A stretch of DNA of 11,059 nt from Octopus sinensis (lineage: Eukaryota), in NCBI RefSeq assembly GCF_006345805.1, contig NW_021827149.1, positions 1 through 11,059 of the forward strand. The letters run 5' to 3'. The notes under the pieces are model-generated. The model was not told the origin of the DNA. It saw only the letters and a list, made by a program, of their open reading frames with translations, and did not search any database. The number at the start of each line of letters is the position of its first letter. The first letter of the stretch is position 1. Shown piece after piece: positions 6,746-11,059 of this stretch. The position numbers and the translations under genes were made by a program.

Positions 6746-8558
6746 GATAATTTAGTAGAAAGTATTAGTGGAGGGGAGGTGTTGCTGAAGGTTTATCGTT
6801 ATTAGAAGGTTACTTAGATTTGATAAAATGGGAAGAAGATGAGTAGAATCTGTCTTTATAAGAAAGGATTACATCTGAGAGTCTGTTAAGTAATGAGGAG
6901 TTGTGATTGTGAAGGATTGTGAGTGGTTCCCTTAAACATAATTTTCAAATGTTGAGGTTAGTGTTGTATGAAGGTGCTTCACTTACGATAGGCTAGGATA
7001 TGGAATAGAGAGCGCTTTAGGATTTGAGGTTGGGTGTATAAGTTGCTAAGGAGGTAGATAATTTAGAATTTGGATTAGAGAAAGAATTCATATATGCTGG
7101 TCCACAGAGCTTGAAACCAACAGTGCCGCTAATATGGACCCTTGCGATTAGTTCCGATTGCCTTGGGGTCGGAACTCATCGCTAGGAATATTAGGTTTGC
7201 ATGGTTCGTTACCAGCAAAGAAGAACGGGCAGTATTATCACTACTAGTGTCAGACTGGGAAACGGTATCACAGCTAGTACATGTCATCATATCGATAGTA
7301 TTATGAGGAGTAGCATTAAGGTTGGTATTATTGAGTTGGGTGGTTATTAAGGGTGGGGTTCAGTTCGATAGGTTGTAGAATCTGAGGACTAGCGTTGAAG
7401 TTTGCATCTGTTAAAGGAGGCAGTTATAGATCCTAAATTAGGTGTGGTGTAGGAGCTTTTAATAGATAATTTACTGAAGGTAGGCTACGCTGAGAAATTT
7501 GAGTTTATAATTTTAAAGAAAAGTTTAGGTAGTGATTTAACCTGGACGGAGAAAGGCGGTGCAAACCATAGGATCTCGCGCTTCCTGCCCTTAGCGGGCT
7601 TCCAGCGCGGGGATATAATGAGCGGTCCAGATAGGGAGGCATGAAATCTTTATAGCTGGGAGTACAAAGCTTTTGGAGTGTTTTTTGTGGGTTGCGGATT
7701 GATGGGTTGTTGATAAGTGGAAAAGGTCCGGCAGGTTTAGGATTAATATTAGGAAAGAGAGGTGCAATGTTAGCTTTAAGTTTAGTTTCGGGGTCATAGG
7801 AGATCTTTTCGCAAAAACCACTGATCTGGAGAGTTTGTTTATAATACGGAACGTGATTGTTAAAAATATTTTATTAGCAGAGAAGCTGGAAATTCTGATA
7901 GAGATGCCGGTCACCATGCTATTAAGGGTAAGTGTAGGGTGATTGGATTGGACGTTGATATATTGTAATGATTGATTGGGCTTATGGAAATTCGTGATAT
8001 AAGTTTGTGTTTAAGTCAAGGACAACGTCTAAGAATTTGACCGTTTTGGCGTTATTTTCAAAAGAGATACTAAGGTTACAATTTTTAAAGAGTCTATGGA
8101 GGGCTTTCTTGGTGCATTCGATAGAAGGTAGAGATAAACAAGTAGTTGTAAGGAGTGCATCCTCTCTATAGAGTCGTCCGGAGAGGTTGGGGAAGTGTTG
8201 TTTAATTTGGGAAAGAAGAAATAGGCCGACTAGATCAGTAAATTATGATGAATCAGATGAGCACATGGTTATAACAAACAGGTCCGTAGGCGAGTTCCGG
8301 GCGCGGCATTTATCATTAAGGTAAATTAATGTTTTCCTATCAGTCAGCATGATGTCAGCGTCAGCTCGATAGATAGGTGCATACTTTCTAGCGAAGATTA
8401 AGACTTTATTTAAAAAGGATAGTAATTAGAAATATCAAATTGAAGTAAATGGATGTGTGCTTTATCAGTTCTGAAGGGGTAACCTAATTTTACTTTTAAC
8501 AAGGGGTAGGATCTGGTCGATTATGTATTTTCTAATTCGACCCAAGTCTGATTTAGTA
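6746..8558 (-). mobile_element. Decayed, 5'-truncated Penelope-like retroelement (RT + GIY-YIG endonuclease), probably of the Neptune-like group
   Basis: Manual translation with stops and frameshifts: TKSDLGRIRKYIIDQI...LNKVLIFARKY...LFVITMCSSDSS*FTDLVGLFLLSQI...LYRED (8159-8170; YRDD site)...VKFLDVVLDL...FHKPNQSLQYINVQSNHP...RKREILWFAPPF (7551-7586)...SIKSSY.TPNLGSI..., then a GIY-YIG-like C-terminus HISGTVGFK...NSFSNPNSKLSTSLATY...YSIS*PIVSEAPSYN...KLCLREPLTIL...LLNRLS (stop 6810-6812). Confidence 0.9.
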
Positions 8559-8562
8559 TACG

Positions 8563-8597
<35 letters not shown>

Positions 8598-8628
8598 ATT
8601 ATATATAATATATATATATATCTATATA

Positions 8629-8668
<40 letters not shown>

Positions 8669-8673
8669 TGCGC

Positions 8674-8713
<40 letters not shown>

Positions 8714-8800
8714 TATAAGTGTGTATGTATATGCATATGTGTATATATAATATATACACACACAGATAAATAGATAGACAGGTAGATAGATAGATATAAA
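8557..8800. repeat. (TA)n/(TG)n/(GATA)n microsatellite cluster
   Basis: Directly visible; source of ORFs 8523..8750, 8599..8814 and 8622..8804. Confidence 0.96.
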
Positions 8801-9017
8801 ACATAGAATTTCAATTCTCTTTCTCTTAATTTATTTGTAGGTAATTAAATTTTGAATAATTATTTTATTGCTTTTTTTTTTACAATATTTCTCAATATTT
8901 AAATTAGATTTATTAGTAATTGCCGGTTCCTTCATTGTTTTTGTTTTTTTATTTTTTATTTTTTTGTCCCTACTCTTCAGAAGTAACCTTCGAAGTGAAT
9001 GTAATCCCTAAAGGTAT

Positions 9018-9269
9018 TTGAGTTCAAAGTATAAGGGAATGGAACAGAGATCTGACGTCATCTTGTCCGAATCTACAACAATTCTAGTAGACCTCAACTC
9101 CGGTTTTGTACTTCATATATCGAATCCAACAGGATGCATAGCAGGATTGTCGTTGATAGGATTTGAATTAAAAGAACGGGAAGAAATACCACAAGACAGA
9201 TTATCCAATGATCTACCCACTCTACCAATTCTTCGCTCTATATACATTAGTTACAACAACGAAATATGA
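9018..9269 (+). other. Non-repetitive 83-codon open frame of unknown origin (decayed viral/transposon gene or host exon)
   Basis: The only supplied ORF that I could not attribute to a microsatellite or a recognised TE. Complex amino-acid composition; ATG at 9039 in a gga-ATG-g context; strong acceptor-like tttttgtccctactcttcag ending at 8980, but with an in-frame TAA at 9009-9011. Confidence 0.25.
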
Positions 9270-9419
9270 ACAACAATGCTCTTATAATATCATAAAAGTG
9301 CCGCTATGTGCCACTGCAAGGTGTTTATGGTAAAGAAATGTATACAAAATAAAAGAGAAGCTGTTTATACACACTAGATGATATTAAACGACAATTTGAG
9401 AACAAAATATTGATTTTTA

Positions 9420-10243
9420 AGAGATTTTTGTTTAATCTGGGATAAGCTTCGATAGCTCATCGATTTTTCTTTTAATTTCGTTTAAACAAATGTGCTGTCG
9501 TATCGCTGCTTAAATGAAATCTTGAAGTATTTCATATATGAAACTGATTCCAGCAAATCGCTATCAAAATCACGTTTTTAAATGTTGTTTTTTTGTTATT
9601 TTTCTCGATCGGTCGATCAGTTGATTGGCCGACTATATCATTCTTTTATGGTAGGGTCAGACATATGTAATAAAGTCAGCTAAAGAATTTCGTTTAACTG
9701 AGAATATATATTCATTAGTAAATCAAAAGTTCCCCTCAAATGATGGTTAAAAAGTCTAGACACAACAAACAAGGGAGATAATTCCATTAAAACTAGTATA
9801 TAGAAAATTCGACAATATAGTGGAAGCACTCCGTCGGTTACGACAACGAGGGTTCCGGTTGATCCGATCAACGGAACAGCCTGCTCGTGAAATTAACGTG
9901 TAAGTGGCTGAGCACTCCACAGACACGTGTACCCCTTAACGTAGTTCTCGGGGATATTCAGCGTGACAGAGAGAGTGACAAGGCCGGCCCTTTGAAATAC
10001 AGGTACAACAGAAACAGGAAGTAAGAGTGAGAGAAAGTTGTGGTGAAAGAGTACAGCAGGGATCACCACCATTCCCTGCCGGAGCCTCGTGGAACTTTAG
10101 GTGTTTTCACTCAATAAACACTCCCAACGCCCGGTCTGGGAATCGAAACCGCGATCCTACGACCGCGAGTCCGCTGCCCTAACCACTGGGCCATTGCGCC
10201 TCCTGACAATATAGACAGTGCTGATGGAAGATCTACTCTCTAA
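9420..10243 (+). pseudogene. Possible highly decayed protein-primed DNA polymerase B C-terminal region (Maverick/Polinton-like), split by a SINE
   Basis: Ordered weak motifs: IAA (9502-9510), LNEILKYFIYETDS (9510-9551; cf. Y-x-DTDS), LADYI...GQTY...KSAKEFRL...SLVN (9625-9723; cf. K-x-KGFTL), KLVYRK...DGRSTL* (9790-9820 joined to 10215-10243; cf. VYDKR...TLPYG). Matches are from memory and imperfect. Confidence 0.25.
9821..10204 (-). mobile_element. Full-length tRNA(Arg-like)-derived SINE (family 3) with a perfect 10-bp target-site duplication
   Basis: Minus-strand head ggaggcgcaatggcccagtggttagggcagcggactcgcggtcgtaggatcgcggtttcgattccc; A box TGGCCCAGTGG (10183-10193); B box GTTTCGATTCC (10139-10149). 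TSD GACAATATAG at 9811-9820 and 10205-10214. Confidence 0.95.
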
Positions 10244-10715
10244 TGCCGGCTGTTAAAAGCTATAGATATGAAGATCACTTACGCAACACAGTGAGATGAA
10301 CTTAAAACAGTAGGATAGGGATTCACAACGCTATATAGCAAGTTAAAACACTTCTACATAGTAATAAACACGGTAACGTTGAATATTTCTTTTTCTACTA
10401 TCTGCCTGGATAACTTTAGTTAATCGATGCCTTTCAACTCACAATATTGCATATGTGAGACCTGACTGTACATATATCCAATATGTGATATCTCCCAGCT
10501 AATTGCTGATATTATTGTTGTTTTTTTTTCTATTTACCCGTGAGTAATGAAATGTAGAAGTGATATTGATGTTGGCAAAGCCTATAATAAATAAGCTATA
10601 TATATTAAATCCGGTATTCTACTAACCATTTTGCCAATTGGTTCCACTTCAAGGCAAGTCTCTATATCAATGATTCTCAATGTTAAACACCCATTTTCTC
10701 ACCATCGCAGCGTTA

Positions 10716-10902
10716 TACAAGAAACAGGAAGAAAGTGTGAGAGAAAGTTGTGGCGAAAGAGTACAACAGGGATCACCCCCCCCCCCTGCCAGAGCCTCGT
10801 GGAACTTTAGGTTTTTCGCTCAAGAAACACACACAACACCCGGTCTGGGAATCAAAACCGCGATCCTCCGACCGCGAGTGTGCTGCCCTAACCACTGGGC
10901 CA
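10716..10902 (-). mobile_element. Second copy of SINE family 3, head half only
   Basis: gaaacaggaagaaagtgtgagagaaagttgtggcgaaagagtac...ccctaaccactgggcca aligns with 10011-10193. The 3' half of the SINE is absent. Confidence 0.92.
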
Positions 10903-10979
10903 GTTTATATAGAACTGTAAAAAATTAGTGTTTCTTTTGGAATGAATAATGTACATTATTTTACTTAAAAATATTTCAG

Positions 10980-11059
10980 CTCTTCTGGATATGGCTGCAA
11001 TCGAGGGAGCATAAATTTGGAATTCTCTCAGTAGTTCAGAGTTTCGCTTATAAAACAAG
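10980..11059 (+). CDS. Possible host coding exon running to the window edge
   Basis: Acceptor-like atatttcag (AG 10978-10979), then one frame is open to the end: LFWIWLQSREHKFGILSVVQSFAYKT. Protein not recognised; no donor visible inside the window. Confidence 0.25.

Noticed and set aside
6120-6755. Plus-strand ORFs 6120-6755 as genes
   Set aside because: They are microsatellite plus antisense of the mariner relic; the meaningful translation is on the minus strand.
7591-7917. 108-aa minus-strand ORF as an independent gene
   Set aside because: Only the first 15 or so residues (MVTGISIRISSFSANK) are in the Penelope RT frame; the rest is out of frame after a frameshift.
6746-8990. Hammerhead ribozyme associated with the Penelope-like element
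   Set aside because: No CTGANGA...GAAA core with flanking stems was found by eye. The one CTGAAGAG (minus strand, 8973-8980) has no stem II or GAAA after it. A covariance-model search would be needed to exclude it fully.
10130-10204. Functional tRNA gene (also the heads at 2501 and 3807)
   Set aside because: A and B boxes are present but there is no complete cloverleaf or acceptor stem, and each continues into a SINE body.
9680-10928. ORFs 9680..9871 (-) and 10680..10928 (+) as genes
   Set aside because: Both draw on SINE family 3 sequence (most of 10680..10928, the start of 9680..9871) and show no recognisable protein features or splice support.

Overview
Eukaryotic, AT-rich, repeat-dense DNA, probably intronic or intergenic. 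No intact protein-coding gene can be supported. The SINE families and microsatellite load look like an Octopus (coleoid cephalopod) genome; this is inferred from recalled consensus sequences, not a database search. From 5' to 3': (1) two different 5'-truncated R4/Dong-type non-LTR retrotransposon ends (REL endonuclease, minus strand) stacked inside a (TAA)n tract; (2) a cluster of about 8 copies of one tRNA-derived SINE in mixed orientation (1916-3448); (3) a Tigger/pogo-like terminal repeat with an internal 14-bp tandem amplification; (4) a full-length CORE-like SINE with an internal microsatellite; (5) two long trinucleotide blocks that are reverse complements of each other around a 450-bp unique spacer; (6) an internally deleted mariner transposase relic abutting a decayed 1.8-kb Penelope-like element (RT + GIY-YIG); (7) a non-repetitive, coding-like but decayed stretch (about 8980-10250) with weak motif resemblance to Maverick/Polinton genes, interrupted by a full-length SINE with a perfect 10-bp TSD; (8) a second, head-only copy of that SINE and a possible host exon at the right edge. 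Most supplied ORFs are microsatellite or antisense-TE artefacts.
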